Assembly (NCBI GenBank): GCA_039804165.1
Contig: JBDRZZ010000008.1
Coordinates: 448-64,447 of the forward strand
From: a candidate division WOR-3 bacterium
GTDB taxonomy: Bacteria > Hydrothermota > UBA3072
Direction of reading: 5' to 3'
DNA: 64,000 nt
In this document: piece after piece, positions 10,501 to 17,046 of the stretch
Layout of the letters: every line of letters begins with the position of its first letter
Position numbering within the stretch: the first letter of the stretch is position 1
Position numbers and translations under genes: made by a program
Notes under the pieces: generated by a model
What the model saw: only the letters and a program-made list of their open reading frames with translations
Database searches by the model: none
Told to the model about the DNA's origin: nothing

Positions 10501-12594
10501 TTGCAGCTTTCGGGGAGAGGTCTTTCAGTTGACAGCTCACAGCTCTCAGCTTTAGGAGGTGGTAGATTCGAGACTCCTCTTGCGAAGCAATGGGTTTTAG
10601 GTAAGCCTCTTTTAAGTTCAAATGGCAAAGATGTTTTCCTCTCTGGAGAGCATCCATTCGATGTCAATGGGATAACGGTTTATTTCAAGAATGCAAAAAT
10701 GGATACGAACTTCTATCACAATGGAGAGATTGCTAAAGTCTGGATGGATATTTTCTCGGATATAGACCTTGCTGTCCATCTCAATATTTCCTCGACAGGT
10801 TCTTCTAAGATGGATATTTCTCTATCTCTTAAGAAGGATATTCCGAACCATTTTGAATTCACCTATCCGATTGAGGGTTGTAAGAGAGGAACAAATGAAT
10901 TGTATTTACATCTTGAGAAGGATTCGGTGAGTCTTGCAGGGACTGTTCTCCGTTTTGATGTTTATGTTGCGGACACGACTGCTCCAGTGATTTCTGTTCT
11001 AAAAGAGCCGAGCAACACATATTCGAGTAATCGTTTCTATGAATTAATTGCCCGTATTTACGAACCTGAATTAACTGGAACTCCATTTACAGACACTCTC
11101 TACTATAGAATTGCTTCAAGTGGAGGAAGTTCCTGGAATGCGCTCTCTGCTCATTCAGTTAAGGGAGATACGAATAGATATCTAATTCCATCACATCCAA
11201 ACGGGACTCACATTGAGTATCACTTGATTGCTCGGGATGAATTTGGGAATATTGCAAGATATCCTAAAGAAGGGGAGAGAGATTTCTGGGTTTTGTCTGC
11301 TCTAAAGCCGAGCTGGCAGAGTTTAACTTATTCCAATAAGCCTTCTGTTATTCTAAATTGGGATCTTCCAAGAGATCTTATTTATTATCATTGTGGATTA
11401 CATTCTGATACGGTAAGCTTAAGCGATATAGAGTTTGCAACGAGATTCACTCCTCAATTTATACCTGCCAAGCTAAATCGGATTGGGATTGAGTTTATAG
11501 ATGAAGGGTCCTTCATTATTGATACTTTGAAAATTTCCCTCTATTATATTGGAGCTGATTTATTACCCGGTGTAAAAATAGATTCTTTTGTTTTTGTTGA
11601 CTCTTTCTATAATGGTTATAAGGAGATAGAGCTTCCCGGAATAGAGGTTCCAAAAGAAGGAATTTTTGTTGGGATAAAAGGTTCAAAGGATCTATATGGG
11701 ATTTTTGATGGTTTTGGGGAAGGAAGTCATACGGTTAAAAGAAGTGAAAATTCGTGGGAGTTTAGAACGCCAGGAGAGCTTCTTATTAATGGAATGTTTT
11801 CTCATCCTGTTGGGAGTGAAGAGGAGAAAGTTGCTTCTCTTGTTTCTTTTGGTGTTTACCGTTCATCTGGCGGAATTTGGGAGAGAATAGCTTACAACTT
11901 AAAAGAGACTTCTTACACGGATACAACTATCCAGGCTGATTCCAGATATTCATATAAAATAATGGGTTTATTCATAAATCCAGTTGATTCCTTCTTTTCC
12001 ATAAGTGATGAGGTTTTTGTTGATCTTACTCCTCCTGAGCTTGATACTGTTTTAATCAATAAGGTTGGTGATGAGATATTAATTAAGGTATTTTTAGAGG
12101 ATCCATCTGGGGTTGTTTTAGATTGTCTTGGTTATTTAGAAGGAGGTGTAGAGAAATTTGTTTTTGATACTCTTGATGATGGAGAGTATTTCTTTACTCT
12201 TAGCCTTACAGAAGATACTTTGAGGTATTTCTTCTTTGCTGAAGATAAATCTTTATTGAGGAACAAGAAGAGGTTTCCTGAGATTGGTTATTATAAGTGG
12301 TGGGAGGGCTTATCTGGGATTACGGAAATTCCTGATTCCACCTATTTATTCAGGGTTAATACTGTTATAATGGGTGATTTAGATTTAAGGTATGCTCTTT
12401 CTAAGAAAGAAAGAGTTAGTATTTGTCTCTTTGACATCGCTGGTAGGAAAGCAAAAATTCTTGTGGATAGAGTGGAAGATCCTGGATATTATTCTATTCC
12501 CCTTAAGGCGTCTACACTTCCTTCTGGGATTTATTTCCTTAAAATGGAAACAGAAGACTATAGAAAAACAGTGAAATTGGTAAGGATAAGATAA
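1597..12594 (+). CDS. Giant (~3,665 aa) secreted multidomain surface protein with an N-terminal M23 metallopeptidase domain and a T9SS C-terminal sorting domain
   Basis: Single uninterrupted ORF. I prefer the ATG at 1597, 7 nt after GGAGGG, which yields the signal peptide 'MKNKIFLMLFIIAGSLYS'. M23/LytM motifs lie at about nt 1666-2058: 'FHNGADI' (HxxxD), 'YAYIHL' and 'NHLHFAEG' (HxH). An SbsA/Big_5-like Ig domain 'TNTDPSDNATDVPIDKNITIVFSKRMD' lies at about 3076-3410. Many CARDB-like repeats are present, and NHL-like propeller repeats lie at about 6700-7250. The C terminus 'ICLFDIAGRKAKILV...SGIYFLKMETEDYRKTVKLVRIR' is typical of a T9SS CTD. Confidence 0.85.
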   Translation: MKNKIFLMLFIIAGSLYSYPWPIRPFNQVHNVIATLGDYRKGITEDPHYPRFHNGADIQASENTDIFSIESGECKWSGTKENEGVRVSDYAYIHLKNRYPKGLPVVGIADTSTTDEDPNNDHPTKIGETNDLNHLHFAEGPAGGPYQNPLREDEGLDGYSDNNLPVVLKPAFFPWGIELQRERIERSPDALWGKVEIRAKMRDITNCGDNSGVYMFAYSVVKKQGSVVHSEISGIFDQVTPPNDGNPVPHIYDTTLSRHAQSVTFHYWLTNPIIDHQVNNRYWNTKLKQGQAWNGSEALIDREAAYKDGWYRVWALGYDIRLNGGDTLNRKGADFTDVLLDNFVPYVYAVMVTRKGELVYNAMWLLNDTQDGLVLDKRNDENVSPGDRLTFKIYFSEEMDTHLNAIKVTLKKSSNELDIDDGARWIDKKTWEGSVTIPKDFGKGKAVINISCRDLAGHLLDKHPGTIATRDGNGNWQRYEEGIDVNHKLYIGEAPIVTNTDPSDNATDVPIDKNITIVFSKRMDSIATERAVLVVSEDGSDSVDFTPFWSKNYDTLELRLRDELKYCIRYIGTVSDTAISKEDSIQLDGDEDGLPGGNYEFTFMTEEPEVLVFKDSMVAHLRDGESVNSKVITAGWKLKDTVECEIQFFVNNPGGWSVINANNEGFLLPPKNIHKNSYTVLNNNGKRPLNVLYDIRIECVNESGEGYYWTSESHEYDHSDENQSPGVTEYPTPWIISTSTSGATLGGGTGASPSGLPDIGILLSGWADGYGHILGRYGISTLPVKPDLKIINHPEIDIKDSVKLLVIGSAGLAGLNTPTFKQKLEEYVRNGGNLLVFTPRYGSELEVLPGNVGGYGWNEDQSCFWRGAYLNKWHPIFAGQKSPVMDCNIDGYFYEVPENSEFLLCRVRNALPALFTYKYGAGTIILSSLYSDWSYGHNQCSQGELNLLRDLTTWAVNPDMEIPEFYKDSAVAVPVSIKYTANDTVRARAAIIKVYTPDRVLYDSIVIPISLERGEETEWTWSKSSIPENLGLWVIDYALKDENGNWIQGYNRGAVFAQKIDIPIGSIYTSRIFEMEVISDKREVLIGDTVNFQIKIKNKGEYPFPGKLIIGVDEVEGGWKVIDSILGVTIPSDSEIIVEYTRSFYISSDVYFGLYQNQQVFFSRFFRNTALRRSKSVGVISKPFSLFIYTDKSNYVLGVDSVNYKIEVENRLPKASYPFVNLYILQDYFKHIIWSDTLELLAKEKKEIKGAFSLLDFDIIEGKKKLCCELFFRDSLWNFASRSFEVTYPQVKCSFILPDSFQYGGSNLFSVRLSASGWLPPGKLLVRGVSFSDSIIYLDSIMIENTIDTDTTLIFNYQPELWSTRSALKAQYRYINRYIKRTAFLEFYPPIVSSFRPVYSDYQEGFIPEDTAVFKAWVSLKGDLYGVPLEFSLWSDYLGKDTLRDTIILNPTTGRTITLKDFVGLEIPADTMIPYSYRWKYLDRKGESIGKLQYFVQSPEAVLHWPLNDTFSIGASIPITFTNSIKSPSRVDIKSVSLYGGDAVGNIVENFDGPGVVEIPGEGSYTFNITVPQWKSGQYYLSVEASIVEGRGVNLNSYPYGCPIYIDGLTANIQVSTSKKYYGQGDEIPFSSVLENGGYGWNGAETLKVARMKDTLESFSIWDLTDTGSVETFGLIPDSSGGYILAPEYTLECVANLPYMPAEDSFLVVALAVDEYDNLWVMSASCNGNKIFLRKWDRPFGNLLAEFSVSIPMIGWNIDMEVHQGVIYISSPSSGVVYRLNANSGEIIGYIHPPGGGFFMAIGGIEVKDNGNILVLDKWTRILWEFSSSGDSISTFVLPVEFEDPYGYGFGLEYKDGVIYLADRKKIITIEGTSVDSFGLANYANYMRISLSDNGKLAATLCGEGCGLNIFSPQREFEVGGGVFVQDFCGDITFYKNYIVREETDEEHVVVNDTIVNIIYYNNLYLYREFGKDNGMLKVSEFPDAPWKYKFHNYRNIDIPNSGSISYQVLDQNATYPSDDNLLPLSSMIGSDCLLPIYITMEGNYENSPVFYDLLLNLKTFVSDSVIVKNTYPLSLSPYESVSFADTIRDTVPPGDYIVSGDAYSNYPQHITSDWKSFTVIGDNVALLLNSNKEEGFVGEEFRINPLTINPLPEIKEPLHLIVKGYFGSLDTTYLDTTFMLNPQSLDSFPFVIRPQEPIVIRAELALPSGDTLRREFIPVVKNTRLLSLQIFAPDVVDLSPFTAKTEIYNYSFSPLSLEVKRIFGADTLINSLTLGPKETYTFVDSFSTVRSDTLKVIAITGGESFTKKKFIDCGIKGIVLLDSLFEVSPDSVRMNGIVRNEGLYPLSGKVLFCLIERTKGLIAHSLQLSATGFSAERQQVRAEPFPTTLSAQQVAISSVARVGKDLSLSAFISQLQRAGVDTSLTTIYLPMGKSDTVPIAFNRHNPGNYELLGFLFAETTPEKSVMLDSSSSIVNIVGNNQVFVDSIFVSPTCDSTGSVLLWVTLSNRSYAPFSGNLIVSSPICYFDSLITLPIKMQDTIVFFLKEPIDEGRYYFTGALLEGGFSVNLKSQVLEFHPIYHFDSLPNLEFSVPDSGMVEISISNIGNGKGERTVAVNFVDVLNINRDAEIKPGSSEKFSGSFYIPEDFPGGKYWASAEILKNSYPEVDTLFPVQVNGIRIEARDSLDKPVYSPEDTAKLSIIVKNNSLFSGELLSIVRYGELELDTTFILGGMEKGVLNKTNRDTLYLDASGVYLTDPIELIGYDSVTITRDGSDSLVVQIRTDSLIGKGIWTTITDSITYPISKWLQLKIENREEETLFLNSINLDFKPSGSLILDSFPSTRKVLSFNLPVNRNEKKLGWGIYNPSGRSLVLDERYVYIADSLLTIYTDKSRYEMLDTVRATLIKHFADTSYLFNYRVYFSPKEEIKDSFKLRDDTMRFEFVIPNWTRSGTYTIDYLVYKNGLKAQSLQLSGRGLSVDSSQLSALGGGRFETPLAKQWVLGKPLLSSNGKDVFLSGEHPFDVNGITVYFKNAKMDTNFYHNGEIAKVWMDIFSDIDLAVHLNISSTGSSKMDISLSLKKDIPNHFEFTYPIEGCKRGTNELYLHLEKDSVSLAGTVLRFDVYVADTTAPVISVLKEPSNTYSSNRFYELIARIYEPELTGTPFTDTLYYRIASSGGSSWNALSAHSVKGDTNRYLIPSHPNGTHIEYHLIARDEFGNIARYPKEGERDFWVLSALKPSWQSLTYSNKPSVILNWDLPRDLIYYHCGLHSDTVSLSDIEFATRFTPQFIPAKLNRIGIEFIDEGSFIIDTLKISLYYIGADLLPGVKIDSFVFVDSFYNGYKEIELPGIEVPKEGIFVGIKGSKDLYGIFDGFGEGSHTVKRSENSWEFRTPGELLINGMFSHPVGSEEEKVASLVSFGVYRSSGGIWERIAYNLKETSYTDTTIQADSRYSYKIMGLFINPVDSFFSISDEVFVDLTPPELDTVLINKVGDEILIKVFLEDPSGVVLDCLGYLEGGVEKFVFDTLDDGEYFFTLSLTEDTLRYFFFAEDKSLLRNKKRFPEIGYYKWWEGLSGITEIPDSTYLFRVNTVIMGDLDLRYALSKKERVSICLFDIAGRKAKILVDRVEDPGYYSIPLKASTLPSGIYFLKMETEDYRKTVKLVRIR
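8684..8860 (+). repeat. GC-rich insert-like repeat copy inside the giant ORF, in frame and starting with heptamers
   Basis: TAGCTCA CAGCTTA CAGCTCT CGGCAAC at 8684-8711. An 8-bp inverted repeat is present: CTCTCGGC (8701-8708) and GCCGAGAG (8722-8729). The first 60 nt are about 58% G+C by hand count. The encoded peptide 'AHSLQLSATGFSAERQQVRAEPF...' is A/Q/S/L/R-rich, unlike the K/E/I/N/Y-rich flanks. Confidence 0.7.
10485..10600 (+). repeat. Second in-frame copy of the same GC-rich repeat family inside the giant ORF
   Basis: AAGCTCA GAGCTTG CAGCTTT CGGGGAG at 10490-10517 aligns at about 70% identity over ~45 nt (hand alignment) with 8684-8728. A second run ACAGCTC ACAGCTC TCAGCTT lies at 10532-10552. 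The peptide is 'AQSLQLSGRGLSVDSSQLSALGGG'. Confidence 0.7.
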
Positions 12595-12682
12595 AAAACC
12601 TTTAAATTTCATTTGGCTTTTGTTTTCTAATTAGTGGGAACTAAATTAGAGTTAAATAGGTCTAATCCCAAAAGGAGGAAAA

Positions 12683-13192
12683 ATGATAAGACGATTAATT
12701 TTTTTATTCTTTTCTTCTTTGATTATATTTTTGGGATGTAAAAAACAATCACAAGAGAAACCACCATTTCCCCATTTTGAAGGGAAAAGAGAGGCTCCAT
12801 ACCTATTTAAATATCCAAGAATTGACAGGATGGTAGAATGGCTTAATTTATCAAAAGAACAGATTGATTCTTTGGAAAAGATAAGAAGGGAATTCTTTGA
12901 AAAAAGTTTTGAAAGAATAAAAGAGGATAGAGAAAGAGAAGAAATTATCAAGAAAAAAATTGTAGAGATGGTGAAAAAGGAGAAATTATCAAAAGAGGAA
13001 ATTCTTAATTTTATGAATGAATTAAATTCAATAAGAGAAAAGACAAGAATGAGGTGCGATAGTTTGGCTGCCGAGAAAATAGCTCGAGCGCATTCAATCT
13101 TGACAAAAGAACAAAAGGAAGAATTGGCAAAAAGAATAGAGGAATTCAAGCCTAAAAGAGCGTTTCGAAGATTCCAACCAGAGAAAGAGTAG
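12683..13192 (+). CDS. Spy/CpxP-family (LTxxQ-type) periplasmic lipoprotein
   Basis: SD AAGGAGG is present. The lipobox-like signal is 'LIIFLGC'. Two LxxEQ motifs are present ('LSKEQIDSL', 'LTKEQKEEL') in a charged helical protein of 169 aa. Confidence 0.6.
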   Translation: MIRRLIFLFFSSLIIFLGCKKQSQEKPPFPHFEGKREAPYLFKYPRIDRMVEWLNLSKEQIDSLEKIRREFFEKSFERIKEDREREEIIKKKIVEMVKKEKLSKEEILNFMNELNSIREKTRMRCDSLAAEKIARAHSILTKEQKEELAKRIEEFKPKRAFRRFQPEKE

Positions 13193-13195
13193 GTT

Positions 13196-13708
13196 ATGGA
13201 TCCAGAGGCTTTTGCCTCTATTGTTGAAGAGACAAAGAGTTTTGTTTTAAAAGCAATTAGAGAAAATTTGTTTTCGGAATATTATTACGCTATAGACGAC
13301 GTTGTTCAAGAAACATATATTAGGGCTTATAAAAGCCTTATAAAAAATAAATTTAGGAAAGAGTCAAAGCTCTCTTCTTGGTTATATACAATAGCTAAAA
13401 ACGAATCTATAAGAATGAATAGGAAACTTTCGTCTACGGAAAGGAGAAGAGAAAAGTATGCCGAGAGGACTCTTTTGAATTTTGAGAGTAGTGTGGAAGA
13501 GAAAATTGAGAAAAAAGAGTTATTTGAAATACTTAATAAGGCAATTGGGGAACTTCCCGGAGATTTTAAAGAAGTAATGAATTTGTATATAAGAGGTTTT
13601 ACAGAAAAGGAAATGGTAAAAATTCTTTCTCTTCCAAAAGGGACAATAAAGTCAAGAATACATAGAGGAAAGGCTAAATTGAAAGAATTACTTAAGGAGG
13701 AGTTGTAA
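13196..13708 (+). CDS. ECF-type RNA polymerase sigma-70 family factor
   Basis: Region 2 is 'VQETYIRAYKSL...SWLYTIAKNESIR' and region 4 is 'LSLPKGTIKSRIHRGKAKLKELL'. The protein is 170 aa. Confidence 0.85.
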   Translation: MDPEAFASIVEETKSFVLKAIRENLFSEYYYAIDDVVQETYIRAYKSLIKNKFRKESKLSSWLYTIAKNESIRMNRKLSSTERRREKYAERTLLNFESSVEEKIEKKELFEILNKAIGELPGDFKEVMNLYIRGFTEKEMVKILSLPKGTIKSRIHRGKAKLKELLKEEL

Positions 13709-14004
13709 TGTATAAATTGGATGAGGAAATAGAGAAAAGATTAAAAAGCAATTCTTGGAGTAAAGAGATTGCTGGAGGGGTTCTTTCTCTTATTGCTAAA
13801 AGGAGAAAGAAAAAAATTGCTTTTACAGGTTCTTTATTTCTATGGTTTTTTCTCTTTTTCGTTATTGGATTGAATATTTCTAAGGAGAGAATTAGAAAAG
13901 AAAGTTTTGGTAATTTTATCTCAACCGTGACCGAAAGCATCTATCCAGATTTAATTCCAGAAGATATAGAAGAATTTATCTCATATTCTTTTAGCGAAGA
14001 ATAA
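13708..14004 (+). CDS. Putative small membrane anti-sigma factor
   Basis: TAATG overlap with the sigma gene. There is one TM segment, 'FTGSLFLWFFLFFVIGL'. I recognise no specific domain. Confidence 0.45.
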   Translation: MYKLDEEIEKRLKSNSWSKEIAGGVLSLIAKRRKKKIAFTGSLFLWFFLFFVIGLNISKERIRKESFGNFISTVTESIYPDLIPEDIEEFISYSFSEE

Positions 14005-14073
14005 GAAAATTGCTTTTAAAATGCAACCTTTTTGGGTCTTAGAGGGTCATATTAAGTAAAATGGAGGTAAATA

Positions 14074-14496
14074 ATGAAAAGAATATTGAAGTTTTTTTCA
14101 GTTCTGGTTTGTTTTTTACTACCTTTCCAAGCAAAATCTGAAGGGAAAATAGAGGAGTTTTCTTCTCTTAAGCTGAGCGAAGATGTTATTCAAAAGATAA
14201 AGGAAGTGAAAGTAAAATATAAAGAGAAAATACTTGAATTAAAAAATGAAATTGAAAAGAAAATTTTAGAAATTGAAAAGCTCCTACTTGAAAAAAATCC
14301 AAATTTTGATAAAATATTATCGCTTGAAGATGAAATAGGAGAATTGAGGCAGAAAGTAAGAAGAAAATTGTTGGAAGAGAAGATTGAGATATATAAAATT
14401 ATTCCGGATGAGAAAAAAGAAGAGGCAAAAAATTTTCTTTTCCGATTTTTAAGGGAAAGGCAAATGGGCAAAGAAGAATGCCCAAAAAAGCGATAA
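14074..14496 (+). CDS. Second Spy/CpxP-like periplasmic protein
   Basis: Signal peptide 'FSVLVCFLLPFQA' and a charged coiled helical body. It lies directly downstream of the sigma/anti-sigma pair. Confidence 0.5.
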   Translation: MKRILKFFSVLVCFLLPFQAKSEGKIEEFSSLKLSEDVIQKIKEVKVKYKEKILELKNEIEKKILEIEKLLLEKNPNFDKILSLEDEIGELRQKVRRKLLEEKIEIYKIIPDEKKEEAKNFLFRFLRERQMGKEECPKKR

Positions 14497-14522
14497 AGTA
14501 TTTTCATATTTCACCCTCCTTG

Positions 14523-14575
14523 ACTCCTAAGGGGTGGTTATTCAGAGATTTAAAACCACCCCTTAGGAGTTTATA
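14523..14575 (+). terminator. Intrinsic terminator-like hairpin with a perfect 17-bp stem
   Basis: ACTCCTAAGGGGTGGTT (14523-14539) pairs perfectly with AACCACCCCTTAGGAGT (14554-14570) and is followed by TTATAAGTT. It lies between the Spy-like gene and the TolC-like gene. Confidence 0.6.
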
Positions 14576-14583
14576 AGTTAACA

Positions 14584-15873
14584 ATGAATATAATAATTTT
14601 ATTCATAGTTTTTTCTATAAATACCTCTCGAGAAGGAGATACTCTTTCTATAGATGATTGTATTGAAATTGCTCTTAAAAACTCTCCTTTAATGGAAGTT
14701 GCGAAAGGGAGTTTGAAAAAAAGTGAACTTGGAATAGGTGATGCAAGGGCTACACTTCTTCCAGATGTTGAACTTAAGGGTGGATATTATCTAAATAAAA
14801 CTTTTAATAAAATTGAATGGAACGAAAACCATTATGATCTTAAAATTTTGGCTTCTATTCAACCTTTTAATAGTGGAAGAACTTATCTTGGAATAGAAAG
14901 GGCGGTTTCTAATTTTCATTCTGCAGAGGAAAGCTTCCGAGATATAAAGATGAGCCTTATTTTAGAAGTTATAAGAAGATATTATGCTCTTCTTAGAGCT
15001 CTAAGAATCTTAGATCTTAGAGAAAGAGCTTTGGAACAGAAGCAGAAACAACTTGATTTCTCGAAGGCTCAGTTTAGACTTGGTTTGGTTCCGAGAGCGG
15101 ATACTTTAAAGGCAAGGGTTTCTTTGGAAGGAGCGAAGCTTAACTTGCAAGAGGCAAGTGGGGAACTTTTAATAAGAAAAATAGAGCTTAATGAAATAAT
15201 GGGTCTAAAGTTGGATTCTTCTATTATAATTGAGGATGTTGAAATAAAGGAACCTGAAATTCCAGATTTTGATAGCATTTTGGAAGTTGCTTATAGGAAA
15301 AGACCTGATTTGAAAAGGCAAGAATTTTTAATTTCTGCAAGTAAATGTGATCTTTTGGTTTCAAAAATTAATATGACACCCACTTTAACTGTAATTGGTG
15401 GGTATAATATTTATGCAGAAAAATTTTTGTTCCAGGGGGTTCCTTTAAATAAAGATAATTTGGAAGATAATTCGGATTGGAGTGTGGGATTAAATTTAAG
15501 TTTCCCAATATTTGATGGAGGCAAAAACTATAGGGCTATTAGTAGAGCGAGTATTGAATTTAACAATGCAAAGCTTGAGTATGAAAATTTGAAAAGAGAG
15601 GTAGAACTGGAGGTAAAAAGAGCTTATATTAATTTGGAGAATACAAAAAAGAAGATAGAGTTATCCCAAAGGGAAGTTATAAGTGCGAGAGAAAGTTATG
15701 AGGCTGCTATTGGGAGATATAAAAATGGACTTGCTCCAATAACTGAAGTGATTGATGCTGAAGTTCTCCTTACAGAGGCAGAAGTAAATCTCGTTGAGTC
15801 GAAATACGAATTTCTTGAAGCTAACGCTTTGCTTAAAAAAGCTATGGGAGTTCTTTATGAGGAGGAAGAATGA
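14584..15873 (+). CDS. TolC-family outer membrane efflux protein
   Basis: The N-terminal motif 'LSIDDCIEIALKNSPLMEVAKG' is typical of the OEP family. The body has two-repeat coiled helical content. It is 429 aa. Confidence 0.8.
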   Translation: MNIIILFIVFSINTSREGDTLSIDDCIEIALKNSPLMEVAKGSLKKSELGIGDARATLLPDVELKGGYYLNKTFNKIEWNENHYDLKILASIQPFNSGRTYLGIERAVSNFHSAEESFRDIKMSLILEVIRRYYALLRALRILDLRERALEQKQKQLDFSKAQFRLGLVPRADTLKARVSLEGAKLNLQEASGELLIRKIELNEIMGLKLDSSIIIEDVEIKEPEIPDFDSILEVAYRKRPDLKRQEFLISASKCDLLVSKINMTPTLTVIGGYNIYAEKFLFQGVPLNKDNLEDNSDWSVGLNLSFPIFDGGKNYRAISRASIEFNNAKLEYENLKREVELEVKRAYINLENTKKKIELSQREVISARESYEAAIGRYKNGLAPITEVIDAEVLLTEAEVNLVESKYEFLEANALLKKAMGVLYEEEE

Positions 15874-17042
15874 TAAAAAAGAAGAAAAAATACATTTTTA
15901 TTAGTGGGGCTATTGTTTTACTATTGGTTATTGGGATTTTTTTTAGGACTGTTAAAGGAAAGAAGAAGAATCCATTTGCCGAAAGAATTGTTCAAGTTAG
16001 AAAAGATAATATTGTTAAAAAGGTTACAGAGAGTGGGAAGGTAGAGCCTGTGACTTCTGTAAATGTAAAATCTGCTCTTGCTGGGGAGGTGATAAGATTA
16101 TTTGTGGAGGAAGGCGATAAGGTAAAAATAGGACAGAAATTAGCTTTGATTCGACCTCAACCGGAAGAAGCTCAAAAGGTAGCTCAGATAAAAGCATCTA
16201 TAAAGAGTAAAAAATTAGATTTGGAAGAAGCTGAAAGAAATTTAAAAAGAAAAGAAACTCTTTATGAAGAAGGTTTTATCGCTGCTTGGGATGTTGAAGA
16301 TGCAAAGAAACAATACGAAAACTGTAAAATTCAGCTTGAACTTGCTATAAGACAACTTTGGGTTGTTCTTGGGGGAAATATAGAAGTTGGAGATGTGGAG
16401 TCTCTTGAGGTTGATAATATTACTCTTACCTCCTCAATTAATGGGACTGTTACAAGTATAAATGTGGAAGAAGGAGAGATGATAACCTCGGGAACTCAAG
16501 CAATTGGAGGTGGAGGGACTACTATTATGACAATTTCCGATTTAAGTGAAATGATTGTAAAAGTTAATATAAATGAAGTGGATATAGGATATCTTGCAAA
16601 GGGACAAAATGTTAGGATAGGATTTGACGCTATTAAAGGTGTAATTTATAAGGGTAAGGTAAAAAAGATTTCACCTTCAGGGATTGAAAGCCAAAATCTT
16701 GTTGTTTATCCCGTTGAGGTGGAGATTTTAAATCCTGATGGAAGAATTCGCCCTGGAATGACGGCAGATCTTGATATAATTGTTGGAGAGGCTAAGAGCG
16801 TTCTTTGTATTCCTAAAGAGGCTATTTTAAAAGACAATGGGAGAACAATGGTTCTTTTACGGAGAGGAGGAAAGATTACACCAAAACCGGTTGTTACAGG
16901 TTTAAGTGATGAGATTAGGATAGAAATAAAGGGTGGCCTTAAGGAAGGAGATACATTATTAGTTCCGTTAGAAAAGGAGCCTTTTGGAAAAGAAGGTAGG
17001 CCTCAAATTGGTGGCGGAAGAATGATGCCTCCAAGATTATAA
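15870..17042 (+). CDS. Efflux periplasmic adaptor (MacA/HlyD family)
   Basis: 4-nt overlap with the tolC-like gene. It has an N-terminal TM segment, the lipoyl-like motif 'GEVIRLFVEEGDKVKIGQKLALI', a coiled-coil hairpin and a beta-barrel domain. Confidence 0.8.
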   Translation: MIKKKKKYIFISGAIVLLLVIGIFFRTVKGKKKNPFAERIVQVRKDNIVKKVTESGKVEPVTSVNVKSALAGEVIRLFVEEGDKVKIGQKLALIRPQPEEAQKVAQIKASIKSKKLDLEEAERNLKRKETLYEEGFIAAWDVEDAKKQYENCKIQLELAIRQLWVVLGGNIEVGDVESLEVDNITLTSSINGTVTSINVEEGEMITSGTQAIGGGGTTIMTISDLSEMIVKVNINEVDIGYLAKGQNVRIGFDAIKGVIYKGKVKKISPSGIESQNLVVYPVEVEILNPDGRIRPGMTADLDIIVGEAKSVLCIPKEAILKDNGRTMVLLRRGGKITPKPVVTGLSDEIRIEIKGGLKEGDTLLVPLEKEPFGKEGRPQIGGGRMMPPRL

Positions 17043-17046
17043 AAAT

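Noticed and set aside
8684-10600. Are the two related GC-rich segments a diversity-generating retroelement template/variable region pair?
   Set aside because: There is no reverse transcriptase or accessory gene in the window. The differences between the copies are not restricted to adenine positions. Neither copy is at the C-terminal end of the ORF.
12652-13149. 165-aa minus-strand ORF antisense to the Spy-like gene. Similar antisense ORFs occur at 14190-14507, 6465-6821, 30424-30732 and 42014-42394.
   Set aside because: These are low-complexity Ser/Phe/Ile-rich translations with no SD, lying fully inside better-supported genes on the other strand. They are typical shadow ORFs of AT-rich, Lys/Glu-rich coding sequence.
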